From: the human T2T-CHM13v2.0 reference genome, Homo sapiens
Assembly: GCF_009914755.1 (NCBI RefSeq)
Contig: NC_060934.1
Length of the DNA stretch: 64,000 nucleotides
Reading direction: 5' to 3' (one strand)
In this document: piece by piece, positions 1-16,584 of the stretch
How positions within the stretch are numbered: position 1 is the stretch's first letter
How the letters are laid out: each line of letters opens with the position of its first letter
Notes under the pieces: model-generated
What the model was told of the DNA's origin: nothing
Database searches by the model: none
The model's input: the letters and a program-made list of their open reading frames with translations, nothing else
Program-made: the position numbers and the translations under genes

Positions 1-59
1 CTTTTGGAACATTTGACTTTTACTGATAGCCATATTGGCTTATCACTGGTTTGACCTAC

Positions 60-3000
60 ACTAACATTTCACTGTGTACCAGCTCATATCCCCTTTCTCT
101 TACTTCAGGGCATCACCCTAGAAATTCTTTTCTCTTTTATGTGAATATTTTCCTCGCTCCAATCTTTAAAAACCAACCTACCAACCAAACAAACAAAAAC
201 ACTTTATCTCCATATCCCTGCTTTGACTGCTAATCCAGTTCTTTGTTCCCATTTAAGAAAATTTCTTGAAATACATATAAACATAGCATTTCCAATTCCT
301 CACCTCCCATCCTCTCCCGGAGCTTTTATCCATACTGCTCTACCAAGGTCACTAGTGACCTCCGACTTCTGAAATTCAAGTTTTGATTATCACGTCTTAC
401 TTGAACATCTGTAATTATTGACACAGTTGACCACTCTTCCTCCTTGAGACATTTTCTTCACTTGGGTACTAGAACCCCATATTCTCCTAGTTTTCTTTCT
501 TTCCCATTAGCTGTTCCATCTCTGCTACTTTGGTTGGTTGGTCCTGAGCACTTCCAATAGTTCTATGTCGGCATGCTTCACAACTCAATCCTTGATCTCC
601 TCTCTTCTCTATCTATCCTTTCATCCTTGGTGATCTTCAGGTAGTCTCACAGCTTTCGATACGCTCTACATGCTGACAAATTCCAGATTTACGTTTCCAG
701 CCTGGATTTATCTTTTCAACTTCAGACATCTAGCAACCTATTTGAAAAATCCACTTGGACAAATCATACACATCACCCTAAAATATCAAAACTGAACTAC
801 TTTTTCTCTAAGCCTGTTCCTCTTACAATTTTCCCTATTTTACTAAAAAGAACTCCATCCTTCCCATTCATGAGGCTCAAAATTTCAGAATCATCCTTTT
901 CTTTTTTCTTTCACTCACATCGTATCTTGGTCCAACAGCAAATCACATTAATTCTACCTTAAAAATGTATCCAAAACCAACCTCTTGGCATTAACACTGC
1001 AGTCTAGGCCACATCTTTTGCCTGGATTATTGCAATGACTTCTGACTTATCTTCATATTTCTGCCTTTGCCTTCCTATTGCCTGTTTTCAACCTTGCAGG
1101 TATTTTATAATATAAATTAGAGGACAAAACCAACTGCTCAGAGCTCTCCAGAGGCTCCTTTTTCAGAATAAAAGGCAAATCTTTACAATGGTCTACAAGG
1201 CCCCAGACAACTTGCACCCCTTTCTCCACCTTGCGTCCCATCTCATTGCTTCCTCCTCTCCTCTGCCTTCAGAGGAGACTGTTCCAGCCACTATAACTGT
1301 CTTGCTAATTGTAACACATATCAGACAGACTTCTGCTCCAGAGCAACTGCAGTTTCTGTTTTCTCTACCCAGAATACTCCATCCTCAGATCCCACAGGGC
1401 TCACTCGTCCATCTCCTTCTCAATTGGACCTTCTCTAATCTCTTAAACTAAAATTGCAGCCCTCTGGTTTTTGTTCCCACACTCCCTAGTACCCTTTATT
1501 TGTTTAATTTTATATATATTTTTAATTTTTCCATAGGTTACTGAGGTTCAGGTGGTATTTGGTTACATGAGTAAGTTTTTTAGTGGTGATTTGTGAGATT
1601 TTGGTGTACCCATCACGCAAGCAGTATGTACTGCACCATATTTGTAGTCTTCTATCCCTCACCCCCCTCCGACTCTTCCCCCCAAGTCCCCAAAGTCCAT
1701 TGTATCATTCTTATGCCTTTGTGTCCTCATAGCTTAGCTCCCACATATCAGTGAGAACATATGATGTTTGATTTTCCATTCCTGAGTTACTTCACTTACA
1801 ATAATAGCCTCCAATCTCATCCAGGTTACTACAAATGCTGTTAAGTCACTCCTTTTTATGGCTGCATAGTATTCCATCATATATATATATATATATATAT
1901 ACATACATACATACATATCTCACAGTTTCTTTATCCACTCATTGATTGATGGGCATTTGGGTTGGTTCCATTATTTTGCAATTATGAATTGTGCTGCTAT
2001 AAACATGTGTGTGTAAGTATCTTTTTCAAGTAATGACTTCTTTTCCTCTGGTTAGATATCCAGTAGTTGGATTGCTGGAACAAATTGTAGTTCTACTTTT
2101 AGTTCTTTAAGGAATCTCCACCCTGTTTTCCATAGTGGCCGTACTAGTCTACATTCCCACCAACAGTGTAAGTGTCCCCTGTTCAGCACATCCATGCCAA
2201 CATCTACTGTTTTTTGATTTTTTTGATTATGGCTATTCTTGCAGGAGTAAGGTGGTATTGCATTGTGGTTTTGATTTGCATTTCCCTGATCATTAGTGAT
2301 GTTGAGTATGTTTTCATATGTTTGTTGCCCATTTGTATATCTTCTTTTGAGAATTGTGTATTCATATTCTTAGCCCACTTTTTGATAGGCTTGTTCGTTT
2401 TATTTCTTACTGATGTGTTTGAGTTTGTTGTAGATTCTGGATATTAGTCCTTTGTCAGATGTATAGATTTTGAAGATTTTCTCCCACTCTGTAGGTTATC
2501 TGTTTACTCTGCTGACTGTTCCTTTTGCCATGCAAAAATGATCTTTAGTTTAATTAGGTCTCAGCTATTTATCTTTGTTTTTATTGCATTTGCTTTTGGG
2601 TCCTTGGCCATGAAATCCTTGCCTAAGCCAATGTCTAGAAGGGTTTTTCCAATGTTTCTTCTAGAATTTCAGTAGTTTCAGGTCTTAGGTTTAAGCCCTT
2701 AATCCATCTTGAGTTGATTTTTGTTTAAGGTGAGAGATGAGGATCTAGTTTCATTCTCCTACATGTGGCTAGCCAATCATCCCAGCACCATTTGTTGAAA
2801 AGGATGTCCTTTCCCCACTTTATCTTTTTGTTTGCTTTCTTGAAGATCAGTTGAATGTAAGAATTTGGGTTTATTTCTGGGCTCTCCATTCTGTTCCATT
2901 GGTCTATGTGCCTTTTTTTGTGCCAGTACCACACTGTTTTTGTCACTATGGCCTTATAATGTAGTTTGAAATCAGGCCTAGTACCACTTTCTTGCCTAAT

Positions 3001-3165
3001 TTTTCTCCACAGCACTTACCACATTTAATATACTATATTTAATTTGTTTCTTTGTCTCCTCCACTAGCATGTAAGTCATGAGGGTTGATTTTTTTTTTTT
3101 TTTTTGGTCTGTTTTGTCCACTGTTCCATCCTCAGCCAGCATCTATAACAGTGCCTGGCATATGC
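60..3165 (+). mobile_element. LINE-2 (L2a-like) 3' part, interrupted by an L1PB1 at 1511-2976
   Basis: Resembles recalled L2 consensus (e.g. ttttcttcacttggg...ctcctagttttc) and ends near acagtgcctggcata at ~3150. Boundaries approximate. Confidence 0.7.
1511..2976 (-). mobile_element. 5'-truncated L1PB1-like LINE-1 (ORF2 3' end and 3'UTR)
   Basis: L1PB-type 3'UTR, and minus-strand ORFs 1734..1916 and 2725..3015 are degenerate ORF2. Degenerate TSD beginning CCTAGTACC at 1485 and 2977. Confidence 0.85.
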
Positions 3166-4376
3166 TTATTTTTATTGGCAATTTGCTAAAAGTACTTCAT
3201 GATATCATAAAACTGCCTGATTCTGCTGAAAACATAGACAATTTGAATACTGTTTTGATTACAAAACTCAGATTACTTAAAATGTTCAAAATAATTTCAA
3301 GGGTTTTTATTTTACCTTGTCTTAGTTGGTTCAAGTTATTTACCACAGTCTATGAAATGCCTGTTAGCATAACTGACTTGCATGATTTACCAGTCTCAAG
3401 AGAGTTAGTTAGATTGATAAACACTAAAAAGATTACAGAAGTTCCCTGGAATCATAGTTTGTCCCTCACAGCAGGATTATTCTGTTATTAAGCTGAGAAT
3501 AATTGCTGTCACCTTTAGCCACTTGGTTTTTATTATAAAACATGCAGAGCAAAGGTGATGTTTTACCAACTTTGAAAATGTACTTTGTTGTTTTAGTCAA
3601 TTAAAATCGTATTTCCATGCTGAAAAATAATGGCTGAAAAATGTGTGTCATAACCAGACATACAATAGGCCAAACCTGCCCCAAGCATCCTCAGGGGTGT
3701 GAGTCATTTGCAGAGATGGCTGAGCTCCTGATCACAAGATGCACAGTGAATGCCATTTTCATTTCCCAGAGACTCCAGAGTAGGAAAAATCTTTATATTC
3801 CTTCAGTACTATTAGGTATCTTGTATATATCACAAAGGAACAGGTCAAAATCCATGGAAAAAAAAATATGGAAAACTTTTGTGAATAGGGTCAACATGTC
3901 AGTCATAATCACCAAAGGAACCTAAGATTTATTCCTGAATTCCTTTGAAAATGTGCAGATGCTATTAAATATCCATAGATTCCATCCAATATTACAGTGA
4001 AATAGGCAAATAGAAAATCCTAAATTGCAAGAGATCTTATATTCTGTCAATGACACATGTTATCAGTGGAATAAAAATGTAATTGGAGAATTTTAACATC
4101 TGGTCCTTGAAGCAGTTCAACAGGAATGAGGTGTTGTTTGATGTATTTTAATTAATGAATTATCATAATCAAAGCAAGACAGTATATGAAAGCAGCATAA
4201 AGATAGAAGAAGCTATTTCCAAATTCCCATCACATTATTTTTAAGGTTTTTAGTTCTATCTCTGGAAAAATAAGGAAATGTTGCTTACCTGACTAACAGT
4301 GGCACCATCTAAGATTATTTTTTTCTTGAGGTGATGCATTTCATAATGTGCTATTTTATTACAAAGAATAAAAATA

Positions 4377-4716
4377 TAGTCGATCCCCTGTATCCTTGGG
4401 TTCCACATCATTGGATTCAACCAACCACAAATAAAAAATATTAGAAAAAGTTGCATTTGTGCTGAACATGTACATACTTTTCTTTCTATTATTCCCTAAA
4501 CAACGCAATGTAACAACTATTTACGTTGTAAATAAAGCATTTACATTGTATCTGTTATTATAAGTAATCTAGAGATAATTTAAAGTGTATGGGAGGATGT
4601 GCTCAGGCTATATGCAAATACTACACCATTTTATATCAGGGACTTGAGGATCTGTGGATTTTGGTATCCACAGGAGATCCTGGAACTAGTCCCCCATGAT
4701 TACCAAGGGATGACTG
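4377..4716 (-). mobile_element. MER2 (Tigger/TcMar non-autonomous DNA transposon)
   Basis: ~340 bp matching the reverse complement of recalled MER2 consensus; ends ...gggatgactg followed by TA. Confidence 0.85.
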
Positions 4717-7449
4717 TATGTTCTATTCAGAAATGAGAACCCACTGCATTTAGTAAAATATAAAGACATGAATAATAGAAACATCTTCTATAAGCAGCAC
4801 AAAAACCATAGCATAGCATTGCAATGATAGATTAACAACAAAACATAGAACTTTACATTTTCTACTTCTGGGTGAAGTTGCACTGCACATGTGCCCAGTT
4901 ATATTATTATTGTCGTTCTCTGGGTAATGCGTGAGAAATCATTTTGTAAGCAATGAAAACGTGGTAATTTCCTTGTTACTTCTTAATTTGTGTTTCTAAT
5001 TTCAGATCTCTTTCCCTTTCCAGAGGAAGTTAGCGATGCCATAGCTTTAATGTCTGTTTTAGCTGTAAAACTCTAATGTTCACTTTCTCTTAGAAAATCT
5101 AAAGCAGGTGATACATAATTTCTCATGATTTGGAATTTTTAAAAGGCAAGTAAATTTGAAGGTCGAGTGTGGGTAGGTTAAGGGGAAGTCAGAACACTGG
5201 TGATGTTTTCTTGAATAAAAAGAAAACCTTTCATCGTAATGCAATTGTCAACTGCATCACCACCATAATCATTATAGTCTCACTTTCATTCACTTTGTTT
5301 AAAATCCAAAAATATTCTGATTTGGATTTTCAACAGGAAGTAAAAAGAAAAAAAAAAAAAGAAATGAAGAGGTCGCAGCTAATCCAGGGATTTAAGCCAC
5401 TGCGTTGCTGGTCTCAGAAGGAATCTGGTCTGGAAGGAGGAGACCTGAACTAAAGGAGAGGGGGTTCTTGCTCTTAAACTCTTAGAGAAAATCTTTTCAC
5501 TTGGAAACCTACTTTTTTCCATTCATCCCCACTGGGTAAACTGATGAAATTTAGCCTGGGAATGAGAGGCCTATATTACAAGTTTTTCGCAGTGGTTCTT
5601 AATGCTCTTCTATGCGTTTCCTGTTTCATTTTACCTGAGCAAACATCTGCTCCCCTTTACCAAATGAAATTATATGAAAGGATATGGCACAGTGCCAGGC
5701 ACGTAAGTAGCTGCTCAGTTTTAGTGGAGCACATGGACCTGTAATAATAATAACAATAGTATCATACACACAGTGCAAAGCTTTTTCTGACAAGTCTTAG
5801 CTTGCTCTTGTGTGCCCATATCTAGAGTACTGAAGACACAAGTCAGAATCTGTGCAAAACAGACCAGGATCCTCAGGTCTGCATCACTGGGCAGAAGTGG
5901 GTGGTTGATAATATTTGCTGGAATAAATAGCAATGAAACACCTGCACTAAGTGAATTCCAATGGCTTATCATGTCAGTTCGTCTCAGAAACATTAGCCTT
6001 TTTATGAGTTTTTATTCCACTGACATAGCATATCCTCAAGTGATATTAATTGCATATTAACAGCATAGCTAATAAACTCACATGACATGATGAAATGTTG
6101 CAAATATGCTTTGATGGAGCCTAAAGATTAGATCTTTTATGTACTATTTTTTTTTCTGTTGTCATTTGTCAGTAAAAGTGATAAAGAAGGGATTTACTCT
6201 CTTTTCTATTTATTTTATTTTCAAAATTTACCTCTGAGAATGTCCCCCCAATAAACATTACTCAAAGGGGTAAAGACATTATAAAAGACCTTTTTATCAA
6301 AAGAGTATTCAAAATGATTTGCCAAAGGCAAGAAAGTAGAAAATCTGAGATTTAGCTTTCCCCTTCTGAAAGGTACACTTACAAATTTCTGGTCAGCATG
6401 AGATACCCATAGCTTTCACCTGCATATTACTGAAGAAACCAATGATATCCTCTGTACCTCTGGAACATGGCCAGGTCTTTTCCCATTTCCCAATGAACCA
6501 CCCTCATGATGGCTTTGAGGAGGTGAGTCATACTGAGTAAGCCCCAGGAAAATGGAAGAGGGGTCTATCTACAGGATGGAGTCCCTGAGTGGCTTCTTGG
6601 CAACTCTGATTTTGGCAACAGTTGGTCCTCAGAGAGGACATCTCAGACTTTGTGAATGCCTCTCAGGAATCATTTTCAGCCATTTCCAGCCTTTGGATTA
6701 TGATGCCTGTTGCCTGATTCTGTATCTATTGCCTGACTGTGGCTTAGAGCATATTGATGTATCATCTGTCTCCTACAAGCTCAGGGAATAGTTGAAGGTA
6801 AGCGTCTTGTGCTGAAGCAGCATGAGGACTTTATGCTTTACTTTAGTCTATGTGATGACTCGTAAATTCCATATTTACTGAGAGGACAGTAGAATTGTGA
6901 AAAGTATATTAAATTTAAATTTCAAAAAGGGAGCCTTCACCTACCCTTCTTTTAATAAAGAGTCTAGAATAGATTGTAGAAATCCCATGCTTCCTTCATT
7001 ATATATTCCATCATTTTTAGTTTGGTCCTTTTATTCGCTGGTACCTGATTGTATACAATATGGTTCAGAAATTAAACCGTGAAAAAAAGCATAAATTGCA
7101 ATATACAGCAAAGTACAAAGAGTTAACAAAGTTTACCAGGACCAACATAAAAACACCAATTAGAACATTTCAAATGAAGAAACTGAGTATTAGGGAAAGG
7201 GTCAAACCCCAACATTATGGCATGTTTGGATATTCATATGTGCCTACATTAACTTTATATAGTAACACCTTACTTATCTCTAGTTTGCTTGCCAAGCAAC
7301 TCTCATACCTAGATCCCAGCCAAGGGGTGAGGGAAGTGGAAACTTAGATCAGCCAAAAATTCATGGACAGAAAATCAGGCAATTAGTATTAACAAAACAG
7401 TACATGGCACTAGCAAAAACTCCATGAAAAATAATGATCATCTTTTATT

Positions 7450-7680
7450 ATTATTACTAATGATTGCTTATAGCTTTGTTTCACATGCATTCTCTCATTT
7501 ATTAATATTTATGATAACCCACTGAAGTTGGTTTGTTGATCATACCCATTAAACAGTTGAAGAAAACTGAGGCAGATGAATTAAGTAGCTTGTTTAGGTG
7601 GCCAGTGAGTAATGGAATTGGGATTTGTCTGAAGAAGACTGGCTCCAGAGGTTATGCTTCAGTTGTTGTATATTACTGCC
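7450..7680 (-). mobile_element. MIR SINE
   Basis: MIR core-like segment cccattaaacagttgaagaaaactgaggcaga. Boundaries approximate. Confidence 0.6.
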
Positions 7681-8177
7681 TCCTTTATGCATCTTCATGC
7701 CAGGCACTCATCGCTCACATGGATATAGTATAGGGACAATTCTCATAAAATTGGCTATCTGGCTTTATAGCTTATAGAAAACAAGTATATTTTGGTCAGA
7801 GATGGGGAGTTAAGACAGGTTCCTTGACCCTATCAAAAGATAATGCTTAAAGTCTGATCAACTAATAATGCAAACCATAGAAGTTTTATTGGAGTCATCT
7901 TAAATAGAGGTAACATCACAGTGATTGTTTATTCAAATGTTGACCAGGCATCATCCTCTGAATGTTCTGCTACATAGATTATGCCTTAATTGGTTGGAAG
8001 AAAACAACTATCCTAGAAATACTGATTATCTAATTTTTTAATGGGGCAAGAGAAATCTATGTGGTCATTAGAAGGGATAAACTTCAATAATTTGAATTAT
8101 GTGCTTCTTCATGGAGCACCCCATTTTTGATGGTGTTAGGTAATTAGGTGTTACTATTAAAGGCGTATTTATATTTT

Positions 8178-8481
8178 GGCTGGGTGTGGTGGCTCACACT
8201 TGTAATCTCAGCACTTTGAGAGGCTGAGGCAGGAAGATCACTTGAGCCCAGGAATTTGAAATCAGCCTGGGCAACATGGTGAAACCTGGTCTCTACAAAA
8301 AATTCAAAAAATTTTGGCCAGACATGGTGGAGGGTGCCTGTGGTCCCAGCTACTCAGGAGGCTGAGGCAGGAGAACTGCTTGAGCCCAGGAGATCAAGGC
8401 TGCAGTGAATCATTATCTCACCACTGCACTCCAGCTTGGGCAATAGAGCTGGATCTTGTCTAGGAAGAAAGAAAGAGAGAA

Positions 8482-8514
<33 letters not shown>
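8178..8514 (+). mobile_element. AluJ-type SINE with (GA)n tail
   Basis: Dimeric Alu with J-type cttgagcccaggag in both arms; tail is a GA microsatellite. Confidence 0.9.
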
Positions 8515-9078
8515 ATATTTATCAATATGTTTAAAAGATTCCAGATCTAGAAAGTATCCCATTCAGCTTACTTTCCGTAATACTTAGGGCTTAGATTAAT
8601 GACTGAAGAGTCTTTTGCTTATTAAGCAAACTTTTGATTCACCATTACGCTAGGTAACAAATTTCATTCCTTATATTACCTAAGAAAGGTCTTATCTCTG
8701 AACAAATACTCTAGACTGTTGGATTTAAGAATAGATAGATAGTAATAGAACTCCACTTCCTGTATACAAATGTATTTCCTAAACGCACATGAGAATATAT
8801 GTTAGCAGCCTGAAACCTAAGATTGCAGTGATTCTTATTGCTGCTCATTTCTGTTTAAATCTTTGTTTCCTAATCAGCAAGTAACACTCTAGAAATTAAC
8901 AATAACATTTATGAAACTATTTCAAGTCCTTTCTCTTATTGGAAACAGATTTGAACCTTTTCTAGCTTCATGCATAGGATGGAACAAAATTTAGGGGGAA
9001 AAAAGTTAACAGTGCAAGCCAAATAACTCAGTCATATCAGGGTCATTTTGTTTTCTTTGCTGGTGCTTTGATTCTTCA

Positions 9079-9459
<381 letters not shown>

Positions 9460-10394
9460 TCAATGTATCTTTTTTATATAAAACAAAACTCCACTGATAA
9501 TTATCTATTTTGTATTATGTATCTTAAGTGGTATCTTTGTGCAAATAGTATATGCTATTGAATAATTTCTTTACTACCAGAATATCCTTTATAGTTCAGT
9601 AAAAACAGAACAATTACTGCTAAAAATAGATTCTCTCAATTTGCAATTGTTTGCCCCATATTTCATATATTTACATTAAGGTTGGTTCATATTTTGTTTT
9701 TCTTGTGAGTGGCCAAATATCACAAGTACTACAGAAATGAAGATACCGTGTGACTACTTCTGCTTCTGTTCAGGAGGGACAACCCCTCCCTATGGCTTCA
9801 CACACTAAATCCCTCAACTTCCTCCTAGCATACTTCACTGGACACTGCTCCAAGTGCCAACACTCAGGACAAGTTTCTAAGGCTTCCACCTCCAGTTCAG
9901 CAATTTCCTGTTATGATGAGGTCAAAGAAAGGTTTTCTGTCCCTGTGAATCTGCAAGTTCTACTATGTCTGTTTATAACTGCAAAGTTAAAGGATGGTAA
10001 ATAAGACCGAGAATCCAATCAGATACTGTCTGTTCTTTGAAAACATTAAGTGGACATTGAACATCCCCATTGTTAAGACTGGGAAAGAGAGGCAACAAGT
10101 CAAGGTAGTGCTCCTATCACTTTATATAGTTTCTTCTATTATCAAAAAGCCTTGCAAAACCCAATTAATTCACATAGGCCACGTGAATTTGGTAGTTATT
10201 AACTCTTGAGACAAAACTTAATAACTTAGGTGAGGAAAAGGGAGCCAAAAAAAAAAAAGAGAGAGAGAGAGAGTAGTGAGAATAGCATGTGGCCAAATAT
10301 TCAACTCTGTATCTGAAAACTATGTGGGAAAAAGGAAGTCAAATATGAAAAAAAATCTCCAGCTGTTAAATGGCATAAAGAATTGTCATAATAG

Positions 10395-11267
10395 CTCCGG
10401 TCTACAGCTCCCAGCGTGAGCGACGCAGAAGACGGGTGATTTCTGCATTTCCATCTGAGGTACCGGGTTCATCTCACTAGGGAGTGCCAGACAGTGGGCG
10501 CAGGCCAGTGGGTGCGCGCACCGTGCGCGAGCCGAAGCAGGGCGAGGCATTGCCTCACCTGGGAAGCGCAAGGGGTCAGGGAGTTCCCTTTCCGAGTCAA
10601 AGAAAGGGGTGACGGACGCACCTGGAAAATCGGGTCACTCCCACCCGAATATTGCGCTTTTCAGACCGGCTTAAAAAACGGCGCACCACGAGACAATATC
10701 CCACACCTGGCTCGGAGGGTCCTACGCCCACGGAATCTCGCTGATTGCTAGCACAGCAGTCTGAGATCAAACTGCAAGGCGGCAGCGAGGCTGGGGGAGG
10801 GGCGCCCGCCATTGCCCAGGCTTGCTTAGGTAAACAAAGCAGCCGGGAAGCTCGAACTGGGTGGAGCCCACCACAGCTCCAGGAGGCCTGCCTGCCACTG
10901 TAGGCTCCACCTCTGGGGGCAGGGCACAGACAAACAAAAAGACAGCAGTAACCTCTGCAGACTTAAATGTCCCTGCCTGACAGCTTTGAAGAGAGCAGTG
11001 GTTCTCCCAGCACGCAGCTGGAGATCTGAGAACCGGCAGACTGCCTCCTCAAGTGGGTCCCTGACCCCTGACCCCCGAGCAGTCTAACTGGGAGGCACCC
11101 CCCAGCAGGGGCACACTGACACCTCACACAGCAGGGTATTCCAACAGACCTGCAGCTGAGGGTCCTGTCTGTTAGAAGGAAAACTAACAGACAGAAAGGA
11201 CATCCACACCAAAAACCCATCTGTACATCACCATCATCAAAGACCAAAAGTAGATAAAACCACAAAG
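10395..11267. promoter_or_regulatory. L1 5'UTR CpG-rich bidirectional promoter (sense and antisense); YY1 site absent
   Basis: CpG-dense L1 5'UTR beginning at (ag)ctccggtctacag. The consensus start GGGGGAGGAGCCAAGATGGCCGAATAGGAAC is missing. Confidence 0.85.
10597..10812 (-). CDS. ORF0: LINE-1 ORF0 (71 aa, antisense in the 5'UTR), intact
   Basis: ORF track MAGAPPPASLPPCSLISDCCASNQRDSVGVGPSEPG...RCVRHPFL; length and sequence match primate L1 ORF0. Confidence 0.85.
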   Translation of the reverse strand: MAGAPPPASLPPCSLISDCCASNQRDSVGVGPSEPGVGYCLVVRRFLSRSEKRNIRVGVTRFSRCVRHPFL

Positions 11268-12285
11268 ATGGGGAAAAAAACAGAACAGAAAAACTGGAAA
11301 CTCTAAAACGCAGAGTGTCTCTCCTCCTCCAAAGGAACGCAGTTCCTCACCAGCAACGGAACAAAGCTGGATGGAGAATGACTTTGATGAGCTGAGAGAA
11401 GAAGGCTTCAGACGATCAAATTACTCTGAGCTACGGGAGGACATTCAAACCAAAGGCAAAGCAGTTGAAAACTTTGAAAAAAATTTAGAAGCATGTATAA
11501 CTAGAATAACCAATACAGAGAAGTGCTTAAAGGAGCTGATGGAGCTGAAAACCAAGGCTCGAGAACTACGTGAAGAATGCAGAAGCCTGAGGAGCCGATG
11601 CGATCAACTGGAAGAAAGGGTATCAGCAATGGAAGATGAAATGAATGAAATGAAGCGAGAAGGGAAGTTTAGAGAAAAAAGAATAAAAATAAATGAGCAA
11701 AGCCTCCAAGAAATATGGGACTATGTGAAAAGACCAAATCTACGTCTGATTGGTGTACCTGAAAGTGACGGGGAGAATGGAACCAAGTTGGAAAACACTC
11801 TGCAGGATATTATCCAGGAGAACTTCCCCAATCTAGCAAGGCAGGCCAACATTCAGATTCAGGAAATACAGAGAACGCCACAAAGATACTCCTCGAGAAG
11901 AGCAACTCCAAGACACATAATTGTCAGATTCACCAAAGTTGAAATGAAGGAAAAAATGTTAAGGGCAGCCAGAGAGAAAGGTCGGGTTACCCTCAAAGGG
12001 AAGCCCATCAGACTAACAGCGTATCTTTCGGCAGAAACCCTACAAGCCAGAAGAGAGTGGGGGCCAATATTCAACATTCTTAAAGAAAAGAATTTTCAAC
12101 CCAGAATTTCATATCCAGCCAAACTAAGCTTCATAAGTGAAGGAGAAATAAAATCCTTTACAGACAAGCAAATGCTGGGAGATTTTGTCACCACCAGGCC
12201 TGCCCTAAAAGAGCTCCTGAAGGAAGCGCTAAACATGGAAAGGAACAACCGGTACCAGCCGCTGCAAAATCATGCCAAAATGTAA
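11268..12285 (+). pseudogene. ORF1: L1 ORF1 with a +1 frameshift (A7 instead of A6) at codons 3-4; open from Met35 (11371) to the stop, 304 aa
   Basis: ATG GGG AAAAAAA CAG gives MGKKTEQKNWKL* (stop ends 11306). The downstream frame retains REKG, ARR and YPAKLS motifs. Confidence 0.9.
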
Positions 12286-12321
12286 AGACCGTCGAGACTA
12301 GGAAGAAACTGCATCAACTAA

Positions 12322-16176
<3,855 letters not shown>

Positions 16177-16419
16177 ACAATGAGATCACATGGACACAGG
16201 AAGGGGAATATCACACTCTGGGGACTGTGGTGGGGTGGGGGGAGGGGGGAGGGATAGCATTGGGAGATATACCTAATGCTAGATGACAAGTTAGTGGGTG
16301 CAGCGCACCGGCATGGCACATGTATACATATGTAACTAACCTGCACAATGTGCACATGTACCCTAAAACTTAAAGTATAATAAAAAAAAATAAATAAATA
16401 AAATTAAAAAAAAAAAAAA

Positions 16420-16584
16420 GAGATTCCTTTTTTTTGAGAATAAATTTTAATTGGTTATGGTTTTTACTGAAATGAGTTGATTAGATGTGTAGAGAAACTG
16501 CTATAATTTTTCATGTTTAAGGGAAAGCCAATAAAATATATATGAGGAAAAAAATAAAAATAAAAATAAAAATTTCTACAGTGT
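16420..16584 (+). other. 3' transduced non-L1 sequence inside the L1 TSDs
   Basis: Lies between the first polyA (to 16419) and the final A25 (16585-16609), before the 3' TSD copy. Confidence 0.9.

Noticed and set aside
3078-3925. 137-aa and 94-aa ORFs in non-repeat intron
   Set aside because: No recognisable domain or splice context; lengths within chance expectation.
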